Assembly (NCBI RefSeq): GCF_001194135.2
Contig: NC_069003.1
Location: 35,051,925 to 35,100,309, forward strand
Reading direction: 5' to 3'
Length of the DNA stretch: 48,385 nucleotides
DNA from: Octopus bimaculoides
Taxonomy: Eukaryota
Shown: piece after piece, positions 1-12,149 of the stretch
Numbering within the stretch: position 1 is the stretch's first letter
Layout: every line of letters starts with the position of its first letter
Notes under the pieces: model-generated
Told to the model about the DNA's origin: nothing
What the model saw: only the letters and a program-made list of their open reading frames with translations
Databases searched by the model: none
Program-made: the position numbers and the translations under genes

Positions 1-30
1 AGTGAAACGTAATTCTTCAGAAACCTTGAC
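1..30 (-). CDS. 5' part of a downstream coding exon of the neurabin/spinophilin-like gene, truncated by the window edge
   Basis: Minus-strand acceptor TTCATCCTTCTCTTCTGATACACATTTCAG|G (AG at 32-31). Open when entered in phase 2 (SRFLKNYVS), which matches the upstream donors. Only 30 nt are visible. Confidence 0.55.
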
Positions 31-611
31 CTGAAATGTGTATCAGAAGAGAAGGATGAAGAGATTGATGAAGTGGTGGTGGTGGGAGGGGGGGGGAGAA
101 GGAGCAGGCAGTCAGGCAGGCAGACATACTAGAAGTTTCTATTTCTGGAAATAAATAAATTAAGTGGAATTGAAATATGTTGTAACTGGATTCACCGAAG
201 AAGGATTAGGTGGTTCCTGGAGTCTGTAGAGTTGCAGGCAAGAGAACACCCACACACACACACACAGACAAACAGAGTGAGCAAAACCTCAAAGAGGCAC
301 CAATACAGACAGACACACAGACAGACATCTTGGTCAGCAGAAGACACCACTTCATAATAAATGTGTGGTCAGCAAAAATGATTTGGTCAGAGAGGGAGAT
401 AAAACAACAGCTGACCGGCTTAGGGGCCACAGAAACTACATGATGCAAAGGTGGTGGACTGACCAAATGTCCAGAGGATGGTCAGGAACTCATTGAGAGG
501 AGGATGAGACCCTATTCTCTGACTGATCCTTTCTGCTTTCCTCCCTCATATATATTTTTTTTAATCAGGGTCTTTAATTAAGGAATTTAGGGATCTTTAA
601 TCTTTATTTTT

Positions 612-955
612 TCCTTCATCTTTTACTGCTTTCAGTCATTGGACTGTGGCCACGCTGGCGCACTGCTTTCATAGGATTTACATGAACAAAGCAACCCTGG
701 ATCTTATTTATATTTTTAAGTTTGGTACTTATTCTATTGGTATCCTTTGCCTAACTGCTAAGTTAAGGGGACATAAACAAACCAACACCAGTAGTCAAGC
801 AGTTGTGGGGGACAAACATCACACACACACACAACAAACTTCTTTCAGTTTCTGTCTACCAAATCCACTCACAAGGCTTTGGTCAGCCCAAGGTTTGCCC
901 GAGGTTACAAGCAATAGGATTGAAACCAAGACTACATGGTTCAGAAGCAGCTAAT
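612..955 (-). mobile_element. tRNA-derived SINE, family A (tRNA-like head, central CA/GT microsatellite, 3' module ending ATGACTGAAA), near full length
   Basis: Reverse complement matches the copy at 41496-41893 in both modules. Confidence 0.8.
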
Positions 956-978
956 TTTTTGGGGTTTTTTTTTTTTTT

Positions 979-1348
979 NNNNNNNNNNNNNNNNNNNNNN
1001 NNNNNNNNNNNNNNNNNNNNNNNNNNNNNNNNNNNNNNNNNNNNNNNNNNNNNNNNNNNNNNNNNNNNNNNNNNNNNNNNNNNNNNNNNNNNNNNNNNNN
1101 NNNNNNNNNNNNNNNNNNNNNNNNNNNNNNNNNNNNNNNNNNNNNNNNNNNNNNNNNNNNNNNNNNNNNNNNNNNNNNNNNNNNNNNNNNNNNNNNNNNN
1201 NNNNNNNNNNNNNNNNNNNNNNNNNNNNNNNNNNNNNNNNNNNNNNNNNNNNNNNNNNNNNNNNNNNNNNNNNNNNNNNNNNNNNNNNNNNNNNNNNNNN
1301 NNNNNNNNNNNNNNNNNNNNNNNNNNNNNNNNNNNNNNNNNNNNNNNN
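979..1348. other. Assembly gap (N run). Other gaps at 2399-2626, 13039-13104, 29885-30321, 31466-31475 and 32062-32966.
   Basis: Runs of N, mostly flanked by microsatellites or homopolymers. Confidence 1.
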
Positions 1349-1384
1349 ATATATATATATATAAAATAGAGCATGTTCATTGCT

Positions 1385-1565
1385 AGCACCACATAAAAAG
1401 CCCCCGGTCCACTCTGTAAAGTGGTTGGCATTACAAAGAGCAGCCAACCATAAGAATCCTGCCAAAACAGATGATTGCAGCTCTCTCGTCTTACCAGTTC
1501 CAGTTGAAATGTCCAACCCATGCCAGCATGGAAAATGGATGTTATATAATCATGATGATGATACA
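1385..1565 (+). mobile_element. Retroposon 3' end, family E (tail CCAACCCATGCCAGCATGGAAA..(GAT)n). Further copies at about 19335-19560(-), 21150-21440(-), 36880-37060(-) and 47665-47850(-).
   Basis: Shared blocks GTGGTTGGCATTA(G)GAAGGGCA..CAGCC and CCAACCCATGCCAGCATGG recur among the copies. Confidence 0.75.
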
Positions 1566-2039
1566 TTCATTAATGTAATTAACTTACAGTGATTTAATTA
1601 TGAATGTGCATTAATTATTGCTGTTGCAGCTGTTTTTCCCATTCCTAGAATTAATTAACTTGGAGTGCAATCCACTTTGACAAAATTCGTATTCGGTAAA
1701 AAATACTTAATTAGATCATTTCAATTGGTTAATGGGGAAGAAGCATGGCTGGATGGTTAAGGTGCAGAACCAACATACCAGACGGTCAGGAGTTCAAATT
1801 ACATCAATATTGATCCAGCAAATCAGTAATCAAAAGAATTTCTACTGGTGTATGTAGTGGTAGCACTGCATAATTAATGAGTGCTTCATCAAAGTGCAGT
1901 AATGGATTCAAATCTTCTTAGACACAAGAAGTAAATAAAGGGAAGCTACTCCAATATATGGTGCCAGAATAAAGTCTCCCAACAGTATCAAATTCTTGCT
2001 ATTTGACCAAAGACCCTAATTTTAGTAAGAAGTTGAGTG

Positions 2040-2330
2040 TTATGAAAGGTTACTACCATATTGGACAGATTCCATATAGGTGGACTCAGCCAAACAGATA
2101 GGAGCTAAGAAGGGGACCACAATAGAGTAAGTCAACCTGTTAGAAATAACAGCTAAATCTGCATCAAAATCAGACCATATTCTCTTAAACAATAAAGGAC
2201 ACATTGGTTATTGTAGTCCGAAATACATGTTTGATTAAAAACGAAAACAGAGGCAGGATTGTCAAAGATGGAATATCTTTGAGCATAGATTGGCTCAAAC
2301 AGGACTGACCTAGAGCTAAACGACAAACTA
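2040..2330 (+). mobile_element. RTE-related non-autonomous retroposon, family F (CTAGAAATAACAGCCAAATC ... GACCTGGGGCTAAACAAC). Further copies at about 7800-8080, 27810-27990, 29030-29230, 40450-40770 and 45280-45440(-).
   Basis: The same diverged block recurs at all listed positions. The 28630 copy carries RTE-like coding remnants upstream of the block. Confidence 0.65.
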
Positions 2331-4377
2331 GATGATAGTCGTGTCTATAAAACAGCTTGTTGTTTCTCTAATCATTAATAGGGGTGGGAATTGAAGGANN
2401 NNNNNNNNNNNNNNNNNNNNNNNNNNNNNNNNNNNNNNNNNNNNNNNNNNNNNNNNNNNNNNNNNNNNNNNNNNNNNNNNNNNNNNNNNNNNNNNNNNNN
2501 NNNNNNNNNNNNNNNNNNNNNNNNNNNNNNNNNNNNNNNNNNNNNNNNNNNNNNNNNNNNNNNNNNNNNNNNNNNNNNNNNNNNNNNNNNNNNNNNNNNN
2601 NNNNNNNNNNNNNNNNNNNNNNNNNNTGGGAGAGGGAAACTTCCTACTTCCCTGACTCACAACGCATTCTAGGACATTCTTGGGAAAATTTAAAACAAAA
2701 GAAAAACAAGAAACATCTTCATCATGATTATTACTAGCAAAAACTCTGAGAATCAGCTCTATGAACTGGTTTCAATTTCTAGCTGAAAGTCTTTTACTTA
2801 TCCAGAAAATAATAATAATAATAATAATAATAAATATAATAATAATGATGATGATGATGATAATAATAAAAATAATCCTCTCTACTATAGGCACAAGGAC
2901 TGAAATTTGGGGCAAGGGGATTAGTTGATTATATTGACCCCAATGTTTCACTGGTACTTAATTTATCAACCCCAAAAGGATGAACAGCAAAGTCAACCTC
3001 AGGGGCTTAGCTCACAAACCGTGAAAAACACACACCCAGAGCTCTGCACCAATTTCTGTTAACCAGAAATATTTTGAGAGAGGAATTTGGTAAACCCAAG
3101 GTTATTGTAAAATACATTTGCCAAATTTCCATGCAGTAACATTAGACTGTGAACCACATGAGTATAGAGCAAACTGTACCCAAATTTATGTGAGATTCTA
3201 TGTTAAGGGTAAGACAATTCTATTATGAAAGTTGTCAAGAGGTGGTGGGGAGGGAGACAAACAAAGACACACACAGACACACACGGTAGGCTTCCACAGT
3301 TTCTGTCTCCCAAATTCACTAACAAGTGTTTGGTCAGTCTAGGACTGTAATAGCAGACATTTGTGCAAGGTGTCATGCAATGGGACTGAACCCGTAAGTG
3401 CATAGTTTGCAGAGCAAGCTTCTCCACCACACGGCCACACCTATTCAACAAATAAACAAGCAACCGCCAGGGTGGAGTATGTCTGAGGACTAAAAATGTT
3501 TAAACAATTATGCAGGAAAAATAATTAATTATCAGAAATGAAAAATGGTGCCAATTTAACGGCACATTCTTTTGATAAAAGATATTTAGCAGAGGAGAGA
3601 GAAGGCCCCCAACGAATGTTGCAAACCGTCCCAGACAGTTGAGATCAATGTCTTTAATGGTTGTTTAAACATATGTAGGGTGGAGGTGGTGGTGGTGGTG
3701 GTGGTGGTGGTTGTCTTTATGTTACCTGGGTGGCAGATTAAAAACGATTTCAGTTCTGTGTAGGAAGAATCGTGAGAAATGTTTGAGATGAGGATTGGAG
3801 AGGAATATGCAGAGAGAGACAGGGTTAAGGAGGACGGGAGGAAACTATGCTTGATTTAAACTTAATTCCAAAGTAACAGTTTAACTAACCTATGAAGTGG
3901 GGAGGGGCAGAGTTATGAAGCTGACAGGTTCCAGGTGTTTCAAAATGAGAAAGAATTTACTTTAAATATATTCAGTCACTCATCATTTTACTTTCACAAG
4001 ATTCGGAGGGGGCCAAAATTTTACAATGAATTTCAAACAAAGAAGACAATATGTAGCTGTGTGTGTGTGTGTATGCATTCTTCCCAACATGGTTCTGGGT
4101 TCAGTCCCACTATGTGGCATCTTGGGCAAGTGTCTTCTATTATAGCCTCAGACTGACCAAAACCATATGGCTGGGAAGCAAGCTTCTTAGGCACATAGCC
4201 ACGCTTACACTTTGCCCTTCCTCCTTTCAGAATCGATAAAATAAGTACCATTTCAGCACCCGGGAGGAGGGGGGGCAACGTAATCGACTTACCTCTCTCC
4301 CGAAATTGCCGGCCTTGTGCCAAAATTTGAAATCATTATATTTATTAATATTATTATCATTATTATTATTATTATTA

Positions 4378-4584
4378 AGGCGGCGAGCTGGCAAAATACT
4401 TAGCGGTATTTCTTGCATCTGTCGCTACGTTCTGAGTTCAAATTTCGCCAAGGAAGGTCGACTTTGCTTTTCATCCTTTCGGGGCCGATGAAATAAGTAA
4501 TAAGTACCATTTGAGCACTAGGGGTCGACGTACCCGACTATCCCCCTCCCCCGAATTTCACGTCTTGTACCTATCGCGGAAAAG

Positions 4585-4620
<36 letters not shown>
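4378..4620 (+). mobile_element. tRNA-derived SINE, family B (core GGTCGACTTTGCTTTTCATCCTTTCGGGG..GAT.AAATAAGTACCA, (ATT)n tail), preceded in tandem by a partial copy at 4210-4377. Further copies at about 2872-3010(-), 34303-34516(-), 36646-36850(+), 43158-43325(-) and 44613-44850(+).
   Basis: Head GGCGGCGAGCTGGCA, B-box-like GAGTTCAAATT, and a conserved core and tail across copies. The core resembles the MetaSINE domain (recalled, not aligned). Confidence 0.85.
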
Positions 4621-4623
<3 letters not shown>

Positions 4624-5438
4624 TACTTAAATTCACCAATCAATTATCTGATTAATCAATCAGTTCGTCAGTGTCTTTTCGCCGTGGTTTACAAACTTAT
4701 TGATGATGCGCCTATGTCTTCTCGACAACAGAATGGATGAAGTCGCAATGTCGTCGATGAGGTCGTGAACTGCAGCGAAGGGGGCCAAGTGATTAGCTAA
4801 TTAGTTCACATACACAGTTTCCATTCTCTCCGGGCTCCATAAAATAAAGTAGCAGTCAAGTATTACGAAGATTCTGGTGAAACGTCTTTGATGTGGATGG
4901 AATTATGACAGAACACAAGACAATACTATATAGATGTATGTGTTCGTCTCTTCGAATATGTATATATACCTGGCAGATGAACTCACACGGAACGTGCGCG
5001 TGTGTGTGTGTATAAACACATATCTTTGTGATACGGTGACTGTTATAGCATCACAATGGTTCCGACACAGGACGTGTGTGTGTCTGTGTGTGTACGTATA
5101 TACACAAATACATACATAAGGAGTTGAGAGGAAGCAATCAAAGGAAGTGCTTGAAAAGACCGGCGACAGTTTTGAAGAAGTTTCTCTACTTGAAGAAGAA
5201 GAAGAAGAAGAAATGGTGGGGACGAGGAGGAGGGAGGAGAAAAAACATGAAAACGGACGAGGAGGAGAGGAAGGGAGAGAGAGAGGAGGAGAGAGAGAGA
5301 GAGAGAGAGAGAGGAGGAGAGAGAGAAATTAGAAGAAAAAGAAGGTAGACTTTATAAGAAATCTTAGAATTATTAAAGAAGTAGGTTGGTGGGAGCTGTT
5401 GTGAAACTACAACGGATGAAACAATGTGTGTATGTATG

Positions 5439-5482
<44 letters not shown>

Positions 5483-6145
5483 CACACATTATATACACCC
5501 TCATACACAGCTGTCTAAATAGACAACGAGTGATGGACCGAATGTCGCATGGAAAAAAAAAATTAATTAGTTAATTAATTAGAATAACCTTCTTAGATGG
5601 AAGGGAAAAACTATGAAGCACGCACAAAAATATTTGGGGAAAACACTTGCATAGAATCATAGTTATACAAATACACACAGCAATGATATATAATATTTAT
5701 ATAGACACATTATATTACGATACATTATAGAAAACTTCCGTGTATATCTTAAGGCACACAAACACACGTCTGCTCACAAAGAAAAGGAATAAATGCGTGT
5801 GTATATAAATATATATATCATAAGTACAAAATCGGCATGTATATACGACAGACAAAGGAAAAATACAGTGCATGCTTACATTTATAGATATATATACACA
5901 TAGATATTATATACACTTGAGACTTAGGAGTGATCGAGTTTAGTAATTAAATACAGGGGATGATTTCGTCAAAGCACATTGTAAAAAGATGTTCACCCAC
6001 AAAATGTTTATTATACGTATATGCACGCGCGCGCGTGCGTGCGTACGTGCGTGCGTGCGTGTGTGTGTGCGTGCGTGCGTGTGTGTCAAAGATTTGAATT
6101 GGAAATAACAGCAATCATTATTATTGTTATCATAAAAGTACTTAC

Positions 6146-6222
6146 AGCAGTTTGTCGATGGAGTGGTTCAGTAAGGCTTTCTTTTCAGGATGTCTTGGAG
6201 CTGGATTGTCAAAAAGCAGCAT
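6146..6222 (-). CDS. Candidate alternative first coding exon (MLLFDNPAPRHPEKKALLNHSIDKL + 2 nt) for a short isoform
   Basis: ATG at 6222 (G at -3), with a second in-frame ATG at 6237. 25 open codons, then CT|GTAAGT donor in phase 2, the same phase as the big exon's donor. Lies in a CpG-rich domain. Confidence 0.35.
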
Positions 6223-8689
6223 TGCACACACTCGCATACATAGATATACAGTCACACGCACTGACACACACACACACACACACACACAGACACACACAGT
6301 AACATACACGTCGTCACACACACATTGCTACCACTATATCACACCTGCACACACCGTCACGTATTCACTCACACACATACACACAGACACACGCGCACCT
6401 GCACACAACAAAATACACACATACACGCACACTCACAAACAAAATAACCCCATTGCGACCCCCGCAAATATTTGTCAAGTTGTTGTTGATGTACGTTTTA
6501 AATTGACAGAACAAACGTCAGCGTAAGATATTTAGGGAAAAAGATGTATGTATATATATGTATATATATATGTATATATGAATATGTGTGTGCCTGTGTG
6601 CGTGATAGAGAACGAACTTGTGTATATATACGTGTATGTGTGAAGGAGATTGTGTTTTATATATACCTCGTGCTGACGTTTCCAGTGTGTTTATTTTTGT
6701 TAATATAGGCGTGAGTATATGTGCGTGTATGTAAATATATATGTATGTATGTATGTATGTATATGTTTGGGTCAGTTCTTATTTATAATTTGTTGGTCAC
6801 TTAAATTACTGTAAGTTGTGGTGGTAGTGGTGGTGGCGATAGTGGTGTAACTAAAGAAAACTTGAACGAAAGTCATTCAGTGACCGTTCGTAGAATTTTG
6901 GCCTGGAATATAAAATAACTGAGAGAGAGAGAGTGAGATGCTGGAGAGACCAAAGGGACAAGGAAACGATGTGGTGGTCGCGTCTGTGGTGCTGACGTTG
7001 ATATTGGTTAATAAAGTTTAAAAAGGAACAGTAAATCTGAGGATGTGTTTGGCGTATTGAATACGTGTGTGTGTTGGTGTGTAAACATATTGGCACCAAG
7101 TCACATGTGAAATATGGCTGGGGTGTGGAGGGATGGAGGGGAAAAGTGTAAATATATATAAAAGGGTGGTGGTGAAGAGGGAGGAAGATTACGATAAGGG
7201 TAGAGAGAGATGGAGGGAGAGAAGAGGAGGGGAAAATTGAGAGAAAGGGTGGAGAGAGATGTTTAGAAAGTTTGGAGTGATGAGAGTGTTGGGTGCGGTG
7301 AGTGGGGAACAAGGAAGATAGTGAGAGGTGATGAGAGAAAGGAAACGATGGGGAAGAAGACAGAGGTGGTGGTGGGAGAACGGAGATTCAGAGAGAAAGA
7401 GAGAGGGAGGTGATGAGAGCGAGAGGTGTCGAGAGAAAGAGAGAGGAAACGAGGTGAGAGAAGGAAGAGATCGAGAGGGAAAAAAGAGATTCTGTGAGAG
7501 ATAGAGAGAGAGGGGGGGGAGAAGGGGAGATGAGGGAAACAAAAGAGAGAAAGAACAACCCAGTTGTAAAGAAACAGCTGGGAAAGAGTGAAACAGTAAC
7601 CCTTCGTCGTCGTCGCTACCACCACAATCATCATTCTCCTCCTCCTCAACCTCCATTCATTTATTCATTACCACATCATCACCAAATGGCAATCTTCTGC
7701 TCTTTATTCTATGAAATACTTTAATTGATAAAATAAAGATTTCTTTAACTAAACCCAGTTCTGAAATTGTACTTTGCTTCCTGCTTTTATGGAAAGCCAG
7801 AAGAGTAACAATTAGTGGACTGTACAAAATGATCCAAGGTGCCAGAGAAAGAATGCTTAAGGGTGAGAGATAATTGGAAAGCCATAGATCTAATCTCTAC
7901 TTGCTAGAAACAGTAGCCTAATCACCCTCAGATCTTTTACTGTCTTGAAAAACTGGAAACATACGTTAGATAATGTAGAAGTTGATACATGATTTAAAAA
8001 CGGGGGCAGGGATGGGGTTACTGCAGGAAGTCATTTAGTCAAAGCTCTAATCGAGACTGACCAAGAGTCTAACTCAACAATCCATAAGGGATTTAGAAGA
8101 TCAATATGATCACACACACAATTATTATGTATTAATTCAATACTGCATCCCATATTGAATTAATAAATAATAATTGTTGTTCATCACTATTTCTCCATTT
8201 TCTGTTTTCTTTAAATTTTGATTCCTGATAAACTCCTGTTTATCCTTGTCTTTACCTATAACTTATGAGCATAATATGCTTGCATATGTATGCACATGGT
8301 TTAACATAGGTAAAATACCGGTAGTATAATGGATACTTCTGTCCCAGTTATTTTAATCTCTAACACAGCTAATCTTTTATATATGTATATATATATATAT
8401 ATGTATGTATGTGTGTATGATGTATGTGTGTATGATGTATGTATGAATATAGTTGATAAAAAAAACATATATAAGAAACACACTCTAAAAGATAGAGTAG
8501 TAATTTCTACAAAAAATTTGTTTATATAAAGTTACCCAAGGTTTTGTACCCACAACGCCAAAACCTTGTGAACAACTCATCAGACTCTATATGAATACAA
8601 CATTTTTAAATATCTACGTCGCAGACGTGAGGAAACCCTCAGAAGTCAAGGAATACAAAAAAAAAACGTTAATGAGTATGGGTTATTTC

Positions 8690-9070
8690 CCCTTAATCAG
8701 AGGGGAAAAACCCTTTATAGACTCAGAGGGGCTTAACAAGCAAAGTATATTCGTGTATGTGAAAGTAAATGTATACAAAAAGATATGCCAACTACCAGTC
8801 TTGTTTCTGATACATAGGCAAGAAGAAGAAAACCACAAAATTAGCTAGCCATATCTGAGACCTGAAAGCCAACGATACCCTACACACTATCAACTGGAGC
8901 ACTGTAGAATGAGCCTTACCATACATTAATGGATCAAGAAGATGCAGGCTTTATATAGCTAAAAGAGCTCATATCCTCTTTAAATCTAAGATCACCAACC
9001 TACTAAATTTTAGACCTGAAATTTTCACTAAATGCAAGCATTTGTATAAGTTTCTATTACTGAACTGGAG
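8690..9070 (+). mobile_element. Penelope-like element remnant: degraded GIY-YIG endonuclease C-terminus
   Basis: Translation through stops gives RYANYQSCF*YIGKKKKTTKLASHI*DLKAND..TINWSTVE*ALPYINGSRRCRLYIAKRAHILFKSKITNLLNFRPEIFTKCKHLYKFLL. This matches the PLE pattern HIW.LK...I.W.I......Y..GSK.C.LC..EK..IL......LLN.R.E....C.H..KF.L. Confidence 0.8.
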
Positions 9071-9753
9071 AACATCATCCTCTTCTAATGCTTCCTTGTC
9101 GAATTAACCACACCAACCATTGCTAATTCTTATTCTAAAGAACCAAAAGGATACAACTTTTATCTCTCGTTCTTTCTCCTATGTTATATTTTGAGCCTGA
9201 AAGGTTTCACAATAGTACACACCAGGTTATATAAGCTCATCCAACTGTTGTATTATGAGAAACATGAAACTTATCATAGCTCACATCTAAATTTAAATCC
9301 TGTGTATATTAAATGATATTTATCTCTTTCTCTATAAATGGAGCACTTTTTGTTGATCTCACCAATAACAGAACAGTATATTACACACAGATACAAGTGC
9401 GTATGTGTGTATATATATATGTGTGTGTGTACACACATACACACATGTAGCAGCAGTCCTTGTTTTCATAGTGATATTGACCTTGCTAACAATCACATTT
9501 GGCAGTCTCTCCGTAAACTTTTTTATCTACTTATTTAATTTTTGTATTTCTTTATTTCTAATGTATTTTGAAAACCAGCTAAGTCTGCCACCATCTTTAC
9601 ACATCTCTGCTCCAGAATTCTTCAACATCTGATTCCATCTCTGATAAAGAGAAAATATTTCAAACAGAGTTACATCATAACTTAATATTTGTCTGCCTGT
9701 GGGTTTTACTTGTATCTCAACTAGTTTGCACATATGTGTGTGTGTGTGTGTAG

Positions 9754-9790
<37 letters not shown>

Positions 9791-12149
9791 ATTCTAGCTG
9801 ATGCATTGGTTTCTGTATCAGATAAAGGTTTGCTCTAAATAAAAATGTTTTAATATACTTTACAACCCTGATGTTACTATACACACATACATGTATATAC
9901 ACATGTGTGTGTGTGTGTGTATGTATCCACAGATGCATATGTGTGTATGCATGTGTTTTCCCCTCCATTTTATTAAAGGAAACACAAGCGCTTTCACACA
10001 CACATATATATATATACATATATATATACATGCAGCAGAACTTTCATCAACCAAATTCATTCACAAGGCTTTGGTCAGCCTGAGGCTATAACCCAAGGTA
10101 CCATGAAGTGGTGCTGCTTACTAACCAAACAGCCATGCTTGTACTGCTCTCTCTCTCACGCTATATAATATATATAGAGAGAGAGAGGCTTATATATATA
10201 GAGAGAGGCTTATATACACACATACATGCATGCACACTCACGGACATACAGAGAGAGTAAACACTTGATTTAAAAGAAGCCCTGATTTGATAAATAATGG
10301 TTTTTAACAGAAAGAATAATTAATAATTAGTAGCAGAATGGATTAATAAAAGAATAACTTGATGAAATTAATAATCAACAGAATGGAGAGAGAGACAGAC
10401 AGACAGACAGACAGAGACAGAGAGATGAAACCTTTTGGCAGGGAAGGAGGAGGGAGAGGTATTTGGTAGGGAATTATGGGGAGGAGACATGGGGGAGAGG
10501 TGGAGGAGACAACATGAAATAAAAGACAAGATTTTAAAACAAAACACCAAACAAATAAAAGAGCAACCCCCCCCCCCCAAAAAAAAAGAAATATTACTGG
10601 AGTTTCTGGCAAATAGAGTAATGATAGATGAAAGGAAGGCTGTGCGTATGTATGTATGTATGTATGTGTATGCAATTTATGAGTGGTGGTGGTGGTGGGG
10701 GATCGAAAGGGAGAGGCGGAAAACAGTATGAGAGAGTTATGGTACTTTGTGCTGAAAGAAAAGAGAATTTCAGGCTGTTGATGTTGTTGTTTAACCACAG
10801 GTCATCGGACAGTGAACAGCCCCATGACCAAAGACGCTCCGTCTGTGCCCTTCTGGTACGTTTAAGATTTTCTAACAACAAATTATTCGATGTTTCCTTT
10901 AGCTTGGTTTTTAAGATGTTATATTGTGGTTTAAAGGCGATTTGACTGCTATATCTAGCATGTTGAGTGACTGCATAGGTATCCGCCTCCTCCTCCTCCT
11001 TTGCCTCTTCTTTGCCTCACAATGAGAGGGTGAATAGACAGGTGTGTGCGAGAGGGGGTGGGGTGGAGGAGACTTGTGAAGGTTAACTTTAATGAAAAGT
11101 AAAGGTTGGAGTCAGTAGATGGGGGGAGAGAGGGAGGGAGAGAGAAAGAGTGTGTGTGTGTGAGAGAGAGGGTGAGACTGTATGAGAGAGAGTGCATGTG
11201 AGAGAGAGAAAGTGTGTGTATGAGTGTGAGAGAGAGAGAGAGAGACTATGTGAGAGAGAAAGAGGGAAAGAAAGATTGAGAGAAAGTTAGAGAGAGAGAG
11301 AGTGAGCATGTGTGTGTGTGTGTGTGTGTATGTAACAATTTATACACACAAGTAAATGTGCCTATGTAATTTGTATAGGCCACAGTGTATGTGTGAGTGT
11401 GTGTGTGTGTGTTAAGATTACATGTAATTATGTAGATGGAACACACATGATTTCATTATTGCCTGTGTTTTAGTTAGCAACGAATAGACTTGTCCTTCTG
11501 TTTCGAGTTCATAGGAAAATCCACTCCATAGGAAGATCTTCAGGCTATCCACTCCGTGGGGGTGGTCACTTCAAGACTCGCACAATGTTTGTTTTCATTA
11601 ACATTTTCCACAGCAAATGTGGGTTTGAGTCCCACATTTTTCGTTATCCAAAAGGGTTTTTCAACCCAATATTTACATACTAATGTTTATAGCTTTATGA
11701 GATGTGCTTGGAAATCCACTGTTCCAAAAAAGAATCCTCTCATATTCCCATGAAAGTTTATAAATTCTTATGCCATCGGCAAATTACCATTTCTCACTGG
11801 TAAGAATTAAGTTTCTAAAACAAAGGAATTTGAAGGACTGCTTTGGTCTAATGGTAGAACACCTGTCATGTGTACAGTTGATGTTGGCTTGTGACACACA
11901 CAAGCAGCTTTTGACTTTTCCCATCCAAAGGGGTTTTTTTAACTCAATATCTACACACTATTATTCACAGCCTTATCTTTGAGATCCAGTCCCAAAAAAG
12001 AATTATTTCACATTCTCTCAAAAGTTTATACATAAATTCTTTTAAGTCATCACTTAACAAAAAATGTCAGAGTAGCAAACAAGTTGGATGCATTCGGCAG
12101 ACTAACTTCTCTTTCATGACCAATGGCTTATATAGACATCACAAGCATG

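Noticed and set aside
8530-8590. CTGATGA on the minus strand as a hammerhead core
   Set aside because: There is no properly placed GAAA and no supporting stems.
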